Source: Candidatus Woesearchaeota archaeon B3_Woes (GTDB lineage Archaea; Nanobdellota; Nanobdellia; Woesearchaeales; B3-WOES). From it: 64,000 nucleotides of DNA. Position numbers and translations under genes: made by a program. Location of the stretch: assembly GCA_005222965.1 (NCBI GenBank), contig NJBG01000001.1:208323-272322 (forward strand), read 5' to 3'. Below the pieces are notes generated by a model. The model was not told the DNA's origin, did not search any database, and saw nothing but the letters and a program-made list of their open reading frames with translations. How positions within the stretch are numbered: the stretch's first letter is position 1; the number at the start of each line of letters is the position of its first letter. This document shows positions 8,125 through 17,161 of the stretch, piece after piece.

Positions 8125-9405
8125 ATGCTTGACATCAAATTTATAAGGGAAAATCCTGAAAAAGTAAAAGAAAATATTAAAAAAAAGTTTCAGAATGAAA
8201 AACTGAAAAAAGTAGATGAGTTCTTAGAAAAAGAAAAAAAATACAGAGAACTTTTACAAAAATCTGAAAAACTAAGAGCATCCAGAAACAAAATAACTCA
8301 TGAAATAAATGAATTGAAAAAACAAGGCAAGAATATATCTAAGGTAGTAAAAGAAGCAAAAGAATTACCAGACAAAATAAGAAAAGTAGAAGAAGGTCTT
8401 AATAAAGTAAAAAAAGAGATTGTAGAAATTCTATATGTTATTCCAAACATGGTTCATAAATCAGTTCCTGTTGGCAAAAATGACAAAGATAACGTTGTGA
8501 AAGAAGTTATAGGAAAGCCAAAAAAGTTTGATTTCAATGTAAAAAATCATGTGGAGATTGCTGAAAAACTTGGAATAGCTGATTTTGAGACATCTGCAAA
8601 AACCTCTGGTAATGGTTTTTATTATCTTAAAGGAGATTTGGCTTTGTTAAATATGGCTCTGATTAATTTTTCCCGTGATTATATGATTGGTAAAGGCTAT
8701 GAATATGTAGAACCTCCTCTAATGATAAGGGGGGAAATACTAAAAGGTGTTTTTTCTAATGAAGAAATAGAACAAATGTCTTATAAAGTTGAAGATGAAG
8801 ATTTGTTTTTGATAGCTACTTCAGAACATCCAATGATTGGCATGTTTATCAACAAAATAATAAATAAAGAGGATTTGCCAATAAAACTAACTGGTTTTTC
8901 TCAATGCTTTAGAAAAGAAATCGGAAGCCATGGAATTGATCAAAAAGGATTATTCAGAACACACCAATTCAACAAACAGGAAATGATTGTTATTTGTGAA
9001 CCAGAAGATTCCTATAAATTCTATGATGAAATGCAAAACCATTCTAAAGCTATTTTTAAAAAATTAGGCTTGCCTATTCGTGAATTAGAGATATGTTCAG
9101 GAGATTTAGCTGATCTAAAATCAAAATCAGCTGATTTAGAAGTCTGGTCTCCAAGAAAAAAAGAGTATTTTGAAATTACTTCCTGCACAAATATGGAAGC
9201 TGCCCAAGCTAGAAGACTTAATATAAGAGTTACAGATGGAAAAGAAAAATGGTTTGCTCATACTCTAAATAATACTGTTATTGCTACCTCACGTGCAATT
9301 GTAGCTATCTTAGAAAACTATCAAAATAAAGATGGTTCTATAACAATTCCAAAGGCCTTAGTCCCTTATATGAACAACAAAACAAAGATCTCAGCAAAAG
9401 AATAA
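8125..9405 (+). CDS. serS: Seryl-tRNA synthetase (bacterial-like type)
   Basis: MLDIKFIREN, LIATSEH, CFRKEIG, FRTHQF, EITSCTN, HTLNNT. Confidence 0.97.
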   Translation: MLDIKFIRENPEKVKENIKKKFQNEKLKKVDEFLEKEKKYRELLQKSEKLRASRNKITHEINELKKQGKNISKVVKEAKELPDKIRKVEEGLNKVKKEIVEILYVIPNMVHKSVPVGKNDKDNVVKEVIGKPKKFDFNVKNHVEIAEKLGIADFETSAKTSGNGFYYLKGDLALLNMALINFSRDYMIGKGYEYVEPPLMIRGEILKGVFSNEEIEQMSYKVEDEDLFLIATSEHPMIGMFINKIINKEDLPIKLTGFSQCFRKEIGSHGIDQKGLFRTHQFNKQEMIVICEPEDSYKFYDEMQNHSKAIFKKLGLPIRELEICSGDLADLKSKSADLEVWSPRKKEYFEITSCTNMEAAQARRLNIRVTDGKEKWFAHTLNNTVIATSRAIVAILENYQNKDGSITIPKALVPYMNNKTKISAKE

Positions 9406-10149
9406 TTATTCTGAACAATTATCCCACATAAATTGAAAGAATTTTCTATAACCATCTGCTAATTTTCTGCTTTTCATGACAAACTGGGTTGGTTCTTCAT
9501 AAAGTTCTCCTGGTTTAACACCAACAAATGCAACAACATAATCTCCAAAAATATCAACTGCTGTTGGGCTTGAATAAGCCTTTGGCAAAAACTTATAAGG
9601 TTTTCCAACTAATTTTAAGATTTCTGGTTTTTGCTCTTTAACTTCATAGTCAAATATATGCATAAACTTAATTCCTAGTTCTTTTCTCTCTCTTTGAAAT
9701 CTTGGTAAAAAATGTTGCAATCTTTCATCCAACCAAAAAGCCTTTGCACCAATAAAGTAAACTGTTTCTTTTGTTTCCAGAATATCTTGCAAATAATTTT
9801 TAAAACCTTCAATACCTTTGTAGAAATAAGCTTCTTCTTTTTGTTCAACTGCTCCGTATTTTGCCTGCATCTCTGGCAAAACTTTGTTTACTTTTTCTTC
9901 TTTTTCTTTTATTAAGTCCAATAATCTTCTTGGATTTATAGCTTTGAAATGTTTTTCACCTTTAATAAATACTTCAGAAGCAAGGCCTTTTTCTATTAGT
10001 TTGTTTATAGAATCATAAACATTTCTTCTATGTACTTTTGATTTTAGAGAAATTTCTTGAACAGAAGCCTCTCCTGTTTGCAATAATGCTTCATATACTC
10101 TTGCTTCATTAGGACTTAATCCAATTTCCCTTAATAACTCTTCATACAT
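9406..10149 (-). CDS. TrmB-family transcriptional regulator
   Basis: LREIGLSPNEARVYEALL...HRRNVYDSINKLIEKGL wHTH plus effector domain; start set at ATG 10149, below the TATA at about 10172-10185. Confidence 0.88.
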   Translation of the reverse strand: MYEELLREIGLSPNEARVYEALLQTGEASVQEISLKSKVHRRNVYDSINKLIEKGLASEVFIKGEKHFKAINPRRLLDLIKEKEEKVNKVLPEMQAKYGAVEQKEEAYFYKGIEGFKNYLQDILETKETVYFIGAKAFWLDERLQHFLPRFQRERKELGIKFMHIFDYEVKEQKPEILKLVGKPYKFLPKAYSSPTAVDIFGDYVVAFVGVKPGELYEEPTQFVMKSRKLADGYRKFFQFMWDNCSE

Positions 10150-10192
10150 AATAACTAAATAACGTTTTTTCATATATAAATCTTTCTTATTT

Positions 10193-10210
10193 TGGTGGTA
10201 ATTGCCACCA
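10193..10210. promoter_or_regulatory. Candidate TrmB operator between divergent promoters
   Basis: TGGTGGTAA-TTGCCACCA, 18-bp palindrome with one mismatch, flanked by divergent BRE/TATA elements. Confidence 0.6.
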
Positions 10211-10284
10211 CCAAAGTTTAAATAGTCTCTGTATCTATTAGTAATTACACAACAGTAGTTACAAAAAGAGGGGGGGAAATAAAA

Positions 10285-10641
10285 ATGGAAAATCAAAGTT
10301 TATCGTTGAATGAAATGTTACAAATAGCAGAAAAAGTTCCAGAATGGGAAGGTAATGAGGCTAATCAGTTTGATACAAAATTTAAAGGAGTTATTGGTAG
10401 CGTAAACATTAGATTAAGTAGAGATTCATCAAAACGTGAAAATAGAGATATATATTACATTCAAGCCTACACAAATGAAAATGATTCAATATTAGGAAGA
10501 GAAGAAGGTGGTGAAGAATTAGTTCAATTATATACCAAAGTAAATTCTCACTATCATAATTTTAGTAATCAATTAGGATGGAAAGAAAGTATTCAGAGTG
10601 CAAGAAACTTAATAGATAATTTATATAATGGAGGGAAATAA
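10285..10641 (+). CDS. Hypothetical protein
   Basis: ORF with G-rich RBS. Confidence 0.65.
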   Translation: MENQSLSLNEMLQIAEKVPEWEGNEANQFDTKFKGVIGSVNIRLSRDSSKRENRDIYYIQAYTNENDSILGREEGGEELVQLYTKVNSHYHNFSNQLGWKESIQSARNLIDNLYNGGK

Positions 10642-10642
10642 A

Positions 10643-11032
10643 ATGGAAACACAACAAAAAGAAATAATACCACTTGTACCAATAACAGAAAAAATGTATG
10701 AGGCAAGATTATGTGGGGCTTACGCAAGAGCTAATCCAACTGATAGCCTAATCTCCGATATAAAGATTAGACTTAAAGGAGAAGATCAAGAAGGAGGTTT
10801 AGCATTTCTCGCAAGACACCCTGATGGAGTTGTTAAGGTAGGGGACATCCCTGAATTTACTCAAATAGGTAGTAGATATGGACCAGAAGTTGAAGTAACT
10901 CTTTACAAAGTTAGATATGGTTCACCTGAAATATCCAAACCAGGTTTAGATGTTCCATACGATAAATTCGTAGAAGCGAATATGCCAACAAAAATTCAAG
11001 TAAAAGATACAAGATTAGTTGAATTAATTTAA
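10643..11032 (+). CDS. Hypothetical protein
   Basis: ATG 10643 follows ggagggaaataaa; coupled to the upstream stop. Confidence 0.65.
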   Translation: METQQKEIIPLVPITEKMYEARLCGAYARANPTDSLISDIKIRLKGEDQEGGLAFLARHPDGVVKVGDIPEFTQIGSRYGPEVEVTLYKVRYGSPEISKPGLDVPYDKFVEANMPTKIQVKDTRLVELI

Positions 11033-11103
11033 ACATTAAAAGATTCAGAATATACAAAAAGAGGTTTAATCTCTTTCCTTAAAAAAAGAGAGGGGGAAAT
11101 AAA

Positions 11104-11745
11104 ATGAAAAAAACAATGAAATATATCACAGGAATGTTTGTGGGATTGTCATTACCTGCTTTAGCCTTGGCTCAAGATTTTTATAATGGTTGCAGAGGTC
11201 CAAAAGCTGTTCAGATGGATACATATCTCAATCATTCAGGTGGGCAAACAAGTGGAATGGTTATACCTAAATTATTCACAAAAAATCTAGATACATCTTT
11301 AACAGACATTCTTATAGCTGCACCGTTCAGTGTGTCGGGAAATGGAGAGGTAGAGAATAAAGGAATTAACTTAGGTTATCTAACTGAAAGTAAATATGGA
11401 AATCTTATAGGGGCACTTGGTTTATTTAAAGGTAGTGAAGGAAAGTATAATGTGCTAAATCCTCAAATATATTTTACACACATGAATGGTCCTTTGACAT
11501 TTGATTTAGAAGGCAATTTACCAATTAATCTTAGAAGTCTTGAAACAGAAGGATCAGCTTCAGCAACTTTAGGTTATGGGGTTAATGATAGACTAAGAGT
11601 TGGAGGATCTATTACAAAAGGAAAAGGAAAGGATTTAGACTACAGAGCAAATGCAAGAATAGAATTAACTAAAGATCACAAATATTGGCTTCAAGGTTAT
11701 ATTGGAAAGGCTCATGCTGGAGCTAGATTAGCTATTAATTTTTAA
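11104..11745 (+). CDS. Secreted protein with beta-barrel-like sequence pattern
   Basis: Signal peptide ending ALA-Q, alternating amphipathic strands, C-terminal ARLAINF. Confidence 0.6.
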   Translation: MKKTMKYITGMFVGLSLPALALAQDFYNGCRGPKAVQMDTYLNHSGGQTSGMVIPKLFTKNLDTSLTDILIAAPFSVSGNGEVENKGINLGYLTESKYGNLIGALGLFKGSEGKYNVLNPQIYFTHMNGPLTFDLEGNLPINLRSLETEGSASATLGYGVNDRLRVGGSITKGKGKDLDYRANARIELTKDHKYWLQGYIGKAHAGARLAINF

Positions 11746-11756
11746 TTTTTTTTTTA
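11746..11756 (+). terminator. Poly-T archaeal terminator
   Basis: Run of about 11 T directly after the stop codon. Confidence 0.5.
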
Positions 11757-11807
11757 TAACCCAAAACCTTTTTATATTCTAGTTTTTATCTTATTTTAGG
11801 GGTTTAA

Positions 11808-12881
11808 ATGGCGCTATTCAAAGATATTTTACACTCAGACCAAACTTTATTCAAGAATGATTCTGCTCTAGATACAGAGTTTATTCCTAAGAGATTGCCT
11901 TTTAGAGAATCTCAACAAAATTATATTGTTTCCTGCATCAAACCTTTACTTCAAGGAAGAACAGGAAAAAATCTGCTTGTCTATGGCTCACCAGGAATAG
12001 GTAAAACAGCCACAATTAAGTATATGTTTAGAGAACTAGAAGAAGAATCAGATGATGTTGTTCCAATCTATATTAATTGCTGGCAGAAAAATACAACATT
12101 TAAGATAATTGTCGCAATATGCGAAGAACTAGGTTATAATTTAACACATAATAAAAACACAGAAGAATTATTTGGAATTGTTAAAAACATGGTCAATAAA
12201 AAATCTGCTGTTTTCTGTTTTGACGAAATAGACAAAATAGAGGATTTTGATTTTTTATATTTCTTAATTGAAAGCGTATACAAAAAAACAATTTTATTAG
12301 TTACAAATTACCAGGAATGGTTATCAAAAGTAGACGAAAGAATAAGATCAAGACTAGGTGCAGATAATATTGGTTTTGAGCCATATAATCTAAAAGAGAC
12401 AAAAGAAATTCTAAAGCAAAGAGCAAATTATGCTTTTTTCCCTTCTGTTGTTGATTCTTCTGCATTAGATATTATTTCTAAAAGAACATTTGAAACACAA
12501 GATATTAGAACTGGGTTGCATTTATTAAGAGAAGCCGGTTTGGCAGCTGAAAATGAATCAAACAAAAAGATTTCAGTAGAGCATGCCAATAAAGCTCTTA
12601 AAAAAATAGATGATTTTAGCATTAAAAAAAGCACTGATTTAGAATCTCAAACAAAATTATTACTAGATGTTATTAAAGAGCATCCTGGAAAAAAGTCAGG
12701 TGAAATTTTTGAGTTGTATCATCAAAAAGGTGGTACAGATCCTTATAGAAGTTTTTATCGTAAACTAAAAACCTTAGAAACAGCCAGATTTATTACCATT
12801 AAAAAAATAGAAGGCGGAAAAGAAGGTAAAACATCAATAATTGAATATAATAAACCTTCTAAGAAATTAACTGACTTCTAA
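11808..12881 (+). CDS. cdc6: Cdc6/Orc1 family AAA+ replication initiator
   Basis: FIPKRLPFRE, YGSPGIGKT, YINCW, FDEID, RIRSRL, DIR; C-terminal wHTH; PIP-like KKLTDF. Confidence 0.92.
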   Translation: MALFKDILHSDQTLFKNDSALDTEFIPKRLPFRESQQNYIVSCIKPLLQGRTGKNLLVYGSPGIGKTATIKYMFRELEEESDDVVPIYINCWQKNTTFKIIVAICEELGYNLTHNKNTEELFGIVKNMVNKKSAVFCFDEIDKIEDFDFLYFLIESVYKKTILLVTNYQEWLSKVDERIRSRLGADNIGFEPYNLKETKEILKQRANYAFFPSVVDSSALDIISKRTFETQDIRTGLHLLREAGLAAENESNKKISVEHANKALKKIDDFSIKKSTDLESQTKLLLDVIKEHPGKKSGEIFELYHQKGGTDPYRSFYRKLKTLETARFITIKKIEGGKEGKTSIIEYNKPSKKLTDF

Positions 12882-12915
12882 AAATTTATAAACCAATCTT
12901 CATTCTCATTAATTT

Positions 12916-14208
12916 ATGGGGGATACTATTGATTATCAATATCAAGAAACTGTTTTTGTTTATGGTGACTTGGAAGCATATCTAAAAAGTTTAGAGATGT
13001 ATTTTAGAGAAAGTATAGGTAATATAGATGAGAGTATTAGTAATATAAATAGAAATCTTGAAACTTTAACTAGAGATATTGAATTCCATGAAACAAAAGA
13101 TTGGCCTTTTATGTGGCGTCCTGATATGTTTAGACTTCCTTTTGAGGTAGATGAAAACAATTATCATGAAGCTAAAGAGTGGTTTGAAAAATATATAGAA
13201 TATACATTAGAATTAAGTACATCACAAAAAATCAATAGAGGACGAATTATAGAAATTCTTGATGGTAGAGAAGATATAAATTTGTTGAATCTAACTAATT
13301 ATGGGTATCCTGATCATATAACAAGAATTCAGTTCTCTGATTCAGATAGAGAAATCATAAGAATGAGAATCTTCTTTGATGAAAACGCATGGGATTCTTA
13401 TAATAAAGATCGTACTCATAGCTTTGCTCGAGGTGCTTGTTGTATTAAGGGAGTAGGAGCAGAAGTTGTTGATGAAGAGGGTATTAGTGAAAAAATACCT
13501 CCTCTAGATTTATTTATTGAAAACAACGAAATTAGAAGAAGCAGACTTAGGGTAAAATCTCCTGTTTTTACAGTAACTCAAGAAGGAGATCAAATAAAAT
13601 ATAGTGTTCAGCTTAGTGCTGCAGAAATAGAAATGTTAAGTCATTTTAGTATTGAGAGATATGATGATGGAAGGATATCTACATCTTTCGAACGTACAGA
13701 ATGGTTACATTATGCAAGTCAGACTTGGTCTCCTGGTCAGGCAAAAAAAATTCTTAGAAATCTATTAGGAATAATAGGGGTTGAAGATAGAGCTCGTAGA
13801 CATCAACATTGGTATTCTGGATTTCATATTGATAGTCAAAATTTTGATGCCTATCAAAATGCAATTAATAATGGTGGTGTTTTTGAAAAAACTGTTGATA
13901 GAGAAAGTATTCCAGTTCTACACTCAATTCATAACAGAACAACTGAACTAAAAGAAAGATATGGTAAGGGATTCTATCCTAGATTTAGTGTAGAAGAAGT
14001 TTCTAAAAGAACAGGTTTAAATAAGGAGGAAACAAGAGAGCATATGAATCATCTTACAGGAATTCTAGCTCCGGTTATTGAGCCATATATGCATGTAAGA
14101 GGAGATTATGATCATTTCTATAATGATTTAATACAAAAATGGATTATTCCAAAATCAAGAATAGGTCTAACATACCAAATTTTAGGTTTAAGTGGTATGA
14201 TAAAATAA
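12916..14208 (+). CDS. Hypothetical protein (orphan, possibly inserted)
   Basis: 430 aa ORF with its own TATA; flanked by a duplicated cdc6 3' end. Confidence 0.7.
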   Translation: MGDTIDYQYQETVFVYGDLEAYLKSLEMYFRESIGNIDESISNINRNLETLTRDIEFHETKDWPFMWRPDMFRLPFEVDENNYHEAKEWFEKYIEYTLELSTSQKINRGRIIEILDGREDINLLNLTNYGYPDHITRIQFSDSDREIIRMRIFFDENAWDSYNKDRTHSFARGACCIKGVGAEVVDEEGISEKIPPLDLFIENNEIRRSRLRVKSPVFTVTQEGDQIKYSVQLSAAEIEMLSHFSIERYDDGRISTSFERTEWLHYASQTWSPGQAKKILRNLLGIIGVEDRARRHQHWYSGFHIDSQNFDAYQNAINNGGVFEKTVDRESIPVLHSIHNRTTELKERYGKGFYPRFSVEEVSKRTGLNKEETREHMNHLTGILAPVIEPYMHVRGDYDHFYNDLIQKWIIPKSRIGLTYQILGLSGMIK

Positions 14209-14210
14209 AT

Positions 14211-14235
14211 TTCTAAGAAATTAACAGATTTTTGA
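14211..14235 (+). repeat. Duplicate of the cdc6 3' end (copy of 12857-12881)
   Basis: TTCTAAGAAATTAAC identical; both copies read SKKLTDF-stop. Confidence 0.8.
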
Positions 14236-14328
14236 AACTTTCTTTTTAGGTCTAGACCTAGGCCTTCTTCTTTTAGCTACTTTCTTTGCTTTATCTCTTT
14301 CCCTTTTTGAATATAATCTACTACTCAT
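14221..14328 (-). CDS. Small highly basic protein (35 aa)
   Basis: MSSRLYSKRERDKAKKVAKRRRPRSRPKKKVSKIC; BRE/TATA ccaaaattttataaa about 25 nt upstream. Confidence 0.5.
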   Translation of the reverse strand: MSSRLYSKRERDKAKKVAKRRRPRSRPKKKVSKIC

Positions 14329-14365
14329 GATTATTAGTGTTTATAATCCCTTTATAAAATTTTGG

Positions 14366-14743
14366 TTATTGTGATTTTTTTAGTTTATAAACTCCAATAA
14401 ATAAGAATACAAACCCCACTACAATATTTAGATAGGTTACAGGTGTTTTGCCAATCATAAATAATTGTAAAACATAAACGATCACCATTAAGCTTCCAAG
14501 TATGATAAAAACATAAGGTATTGTTTTAGATTTTTTTCTTATTTTAGGTTGATGTTTATACCCCATTATTCCACTTACAACCATTATTGGCACCATAATT
14601 GCCAAAGCTATTAACAAAGGTTTTACTGGAATTTTACCATATGCCAAAAACATAAAAATTACAGTAAAAGCAATAGCTCCTACAATCACTTTTAGAACTA
14701 TCTTTGTAGCTTCTTCTTTTGTTACAGGTTGCTGATTATTCAT
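14366..14743 (-). CDS. Small membrane protein (4 TM)
   Basis: Four hydrophobic segments. Confidence 0.7.
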   Translation of the reverse strand: MNNQQPVTKEEATKIVLKVIVGAIAFTVIFMFLAYGKIPVKPLLIALAIMVPIMVVSGIMGYKHQPKIRKKSKTIPYVFIILGSLMVIVYVLQLFMIGKTPVTYLNIVVGFVFLFIGVYKLKKSQ

Positions 14744-14804
14744 AAGATATATTTGATTGTCTGTCTTTATAAAATTTTGGTTGTTGATAAAAATTTCATA
14801 TGTT

Positions 14805-15572
14805 TTAGTGGGTTAACCATCCACCATCCACAACCAAGGTATGCCCTGTTACAAAATTTGAATCACCTGAAGCCAAAAAGACTGCTGCTTTGCCTATTTC
14901 TTCTGGTTGACCAACTCTGCCTAGAGGAGTATTTGCTAACAAACTCTCTTTTGTTTTTTTATCCTTTAACATATCCTCAGTCATCTTTGTAGCAATTATA
15001 CCAGGAGCTATTGCATTAACATTAATATTGTAAGGAGATAGTTCAATTGCAAGCTCTCTTGTTAAATTTATGATTCCTGCCTTGGAAGCACAATAAGCAG
15101 ATATATTCATAAATCCTACTTCTCCTGCTATAGAAGCTATTGAGATTATTTTACCACTTTTTTGTTTAATCATCTGTTTTGTGACAGAGTTTGTGCACAG
15201 AAATACCCCTTTTAAGTTTATATCCAAAGTAAAATCCCAATCTTTTTCTGTCATTTTGACAAAAGGTTTCATTGAAACAACACCAGCATTATTAACAAGA
15301 ATATCTATTCTTTTAAATTTTTGTATAGTCTTTCTTATCATAGCGTCTACATCTCTTTTTTTAGAAACATCACATTTTACAGCAATTGCATCTGAACCAA
15401 TCTTCCTTATTTCCTCACAAACATTTTGACATTCTTTTAAAGCAATATCAGAAATAACTACTTTGGCCCCTTCTTTTGCCAGCTCAAGTGCTATAGCTTT
15501 ACCAATACCTCTTCTTGAACCTGTAACAATAGCAACCTTGTTTTTTAGTTTCATAATATCACCTCTTCCCAT
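14805..15572 (-). CDS. Short-chain dehydrogenase/reductase (FabG-like)
   Basis: TGSRRGIG, NNAG, YCASK, VDGG motifs. Confidence 0.93.
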   Translation of the reverse strand: MGRGDIMKLKNKVAIVTGSRRGIGKAIALELAKEGAKVVISDIALKECQNVCEEIRKIGSDAIAVKCDVSKKRDVDAMIRKTIQKFKRIDILVNNAGVVSMKPFVKMTEKDWDFTLDINLKGVFLCTNSVTKQMIKQKSGKIISIASIAGEVGFMNISAYCASKAGIINLTRELAIELSPYNINVNAIAPGIIATKMTEDMLKDKKTKESLLANTPLGRVGQPEEIGKAAVFLASGDSNFVTGHTLVVDGGWLTH

Positions 15573-15635
15573 AATTATTTAAATAACTATTTAAATCTAA
15601 TCCTTTTAGAGTAGGTTCATGAATTGAATTCAACA

Positions 15636-15725
15636 TTTATAAAATTTGGTTGTTGATAAAAATTTCATATGTTCTGTTGGGTCAAGCATCAACAAACAAG
15701 ATATGCCTTATTACAATATTTAAAT
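15636..15725. repeat. Decayed copy of 14766-14863 (SDR 3' end plus adjacent promoter)
   Basis: tttataaaattt(t)ggttgttgataaaaatttcatatgtt nearly identical; the remainder aligns with substitutions and a 7-nt deletion. Confidence 0.85.
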
Positions 15726-15737
15726 ATATTTATTATT

Positions 15738-16067
15738 TCAAGGTTGATTCATTCTTTCTTCAAGAGTTTTTGCAATCTCAAAAGATTCTTTAATGTCTTT
15801 TGTGAAAATCTTTCTTTCTTCTTCGTCAAATAAAGAGACTATCTCATACAAACCAGTAGTATTTCCCTTTCCTACATTAGTTTGAAGGATAACACATTTT
15901 CCATATGCATTAAGATCATCATCAACTAACAATATTGGTATTCTTAAAGGATAAATTCTCTCAATTGTTTTTGTAAATTCATAAACTACTCCTAATTGGG
16001 GATCTTTAGGAAGCCCCTGGCCTTCTCTTATCTTCAAAACATAATCCAGTTCTGTTGGATATCTCAT
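15738..16067 (-). CDS. DUF2584-like protein
   Basis: YEFTKTIERIYPLRIPILL...TTGLYEIV pattern. Confidence 0.55.
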   Translation of the reverse strand: MRYPTELDYVLKIREGQGLPKDPQLGVVYEFTKTIERIYPLRIPILLVDDDLNAYGKCVILQTNVGKGNTTGLYEIVSLFDEEERKIFTKDIKESFEIAKTLEERMNQP

Positions 16068-17161
16068 TTTATTGCCTCCGCTATTTTATTCATATCTATT
16101 TTGGGAAAATTATTAAAATTTACCTGATTATTTTTAATTTTAGGTCTTTCCACAAAATCATTTTCTTTAGATACATTATTCCAATAAATAACTTCATTCA
16201 ATTTAGATGTTACTGCTTCATGATTTGCTAAAAGACATGAATAGTATGAAGCTATTAAATAGCCAGCATGTGATCCTATCATCACAGGAAGATCAATTTT
16301 TTTGCAGTAATCTAAAATCTTTAATCCTTCGCTTATTCCTGTCCTTGGAACTTTTATATTTACCATTGATATAGTTGTTAAATCAACTTGTTTCTTAAGG
16401 TCTTCAAAAGTTTTACAACTATCATCTCCAACAATTTCTATATAAAGCTGATTTTCTTTAACATACTCCATTAATTTTTGCCTGCCTTTTATATTAGAAA
16501 CATCAATTGGTTCTTCTAAATATAATATGTTTGGGATGGAAGATACATGGTCCACCAACTTGACTGCGTTGTCAAGAGAATACATCTCATTTCCATCTAA
16601 ATAAAACATGCATCCAGTGAATTTATTCAGAATATCAAAAATATGAAAATCTCTTGAAATATCACCTGTAAGTTTTATTTTAAATCCAAAAATTCCTTGT
16701 GCAATTTTATCCTCTAATTGGTCAATATATTCGTTGTCGTTTTCAGGTTTAGGTAAAACATAGCAACTGTCTATTTTATTATTTGGTAAACCTATTAATT
16801 CATTTAAAGAAATTCCTTTAATTTTGGAAAGTAAATCGTAAAGTGCACAATTAACTGCTGCTTTTGCTGCTAAATTTTGATTTTTGGAAAATTCTAAATC
16901 AGAAAAATTATCAATGTTTTCTTCTGTCAAATCAAAAATTAATTTATTTGTTATTTGTTTGCAATAAGTAATTACACTTTCTTGTGTCTCATGTAATATG
17001 GAAGGTCTAGGAACCGCTTCAGCATAACCTACAAAACCCCCTGCTTTTACTTCTACTAACACATGGTCTAAGCTTTGTAATCCTTTTCCTATACCCCATG
17101 TTAGTTTATTCTGTATAGGAAGACTAAATGGATATGTGTTTAATTCATCTAGTTTCATCAT
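16064..17161 (-). CDS. Enolase superfamily protein (MLE/dipeptide epimerase/OSBS subgroup)
   Basis: GYAEAVP, FKIK (KxK), LDGN, LEEP, GDDS, NIKVPRTG. Confidence 0.85.
   Translation of the reverse strand: MMKLDELNTYPFSLPIQNKLTWGIGKGLQSLDHVLVEVKAGGFVGYAEAVPRPSILHETQESVITYCKQITNKLIFDLTEENIDNFSDLEFSKNQNLAAKAAVNCALYDLLSKIKGISLNELIGLPNNKIDSCYVLPKPENDNEYIDQLEDKIAQGIFGFKIKLTGDISRDFHIFDILNKFTGCMFYLDGNEMYSLDNAVKLVDHVSSIPNILYLEEPIDVSNIKGRQKLMEYVKENQLYIEIVGDDSCKTFEDLKKQVDLTTISMVNIKVPRTGISEGLKILDYCKKIDLPVMIGSHAGYLIASYYSCLLANHEAVTSKLNEVIYWNNVSKENDFVERPKIKNNQVNFNNFPKIDMNKIAEAIK

Noticed and set aside
10150..10296. N-terminal extension of the TrmB ORF
   Set aside because: It covers the divergent promoters and palindrome and overlaps the next gene.
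11746..11807. Replication origin beside cdc6
   Set aside because: Only 62 nt, containing a T-run and a promoter; no ORB-like repeats seen.
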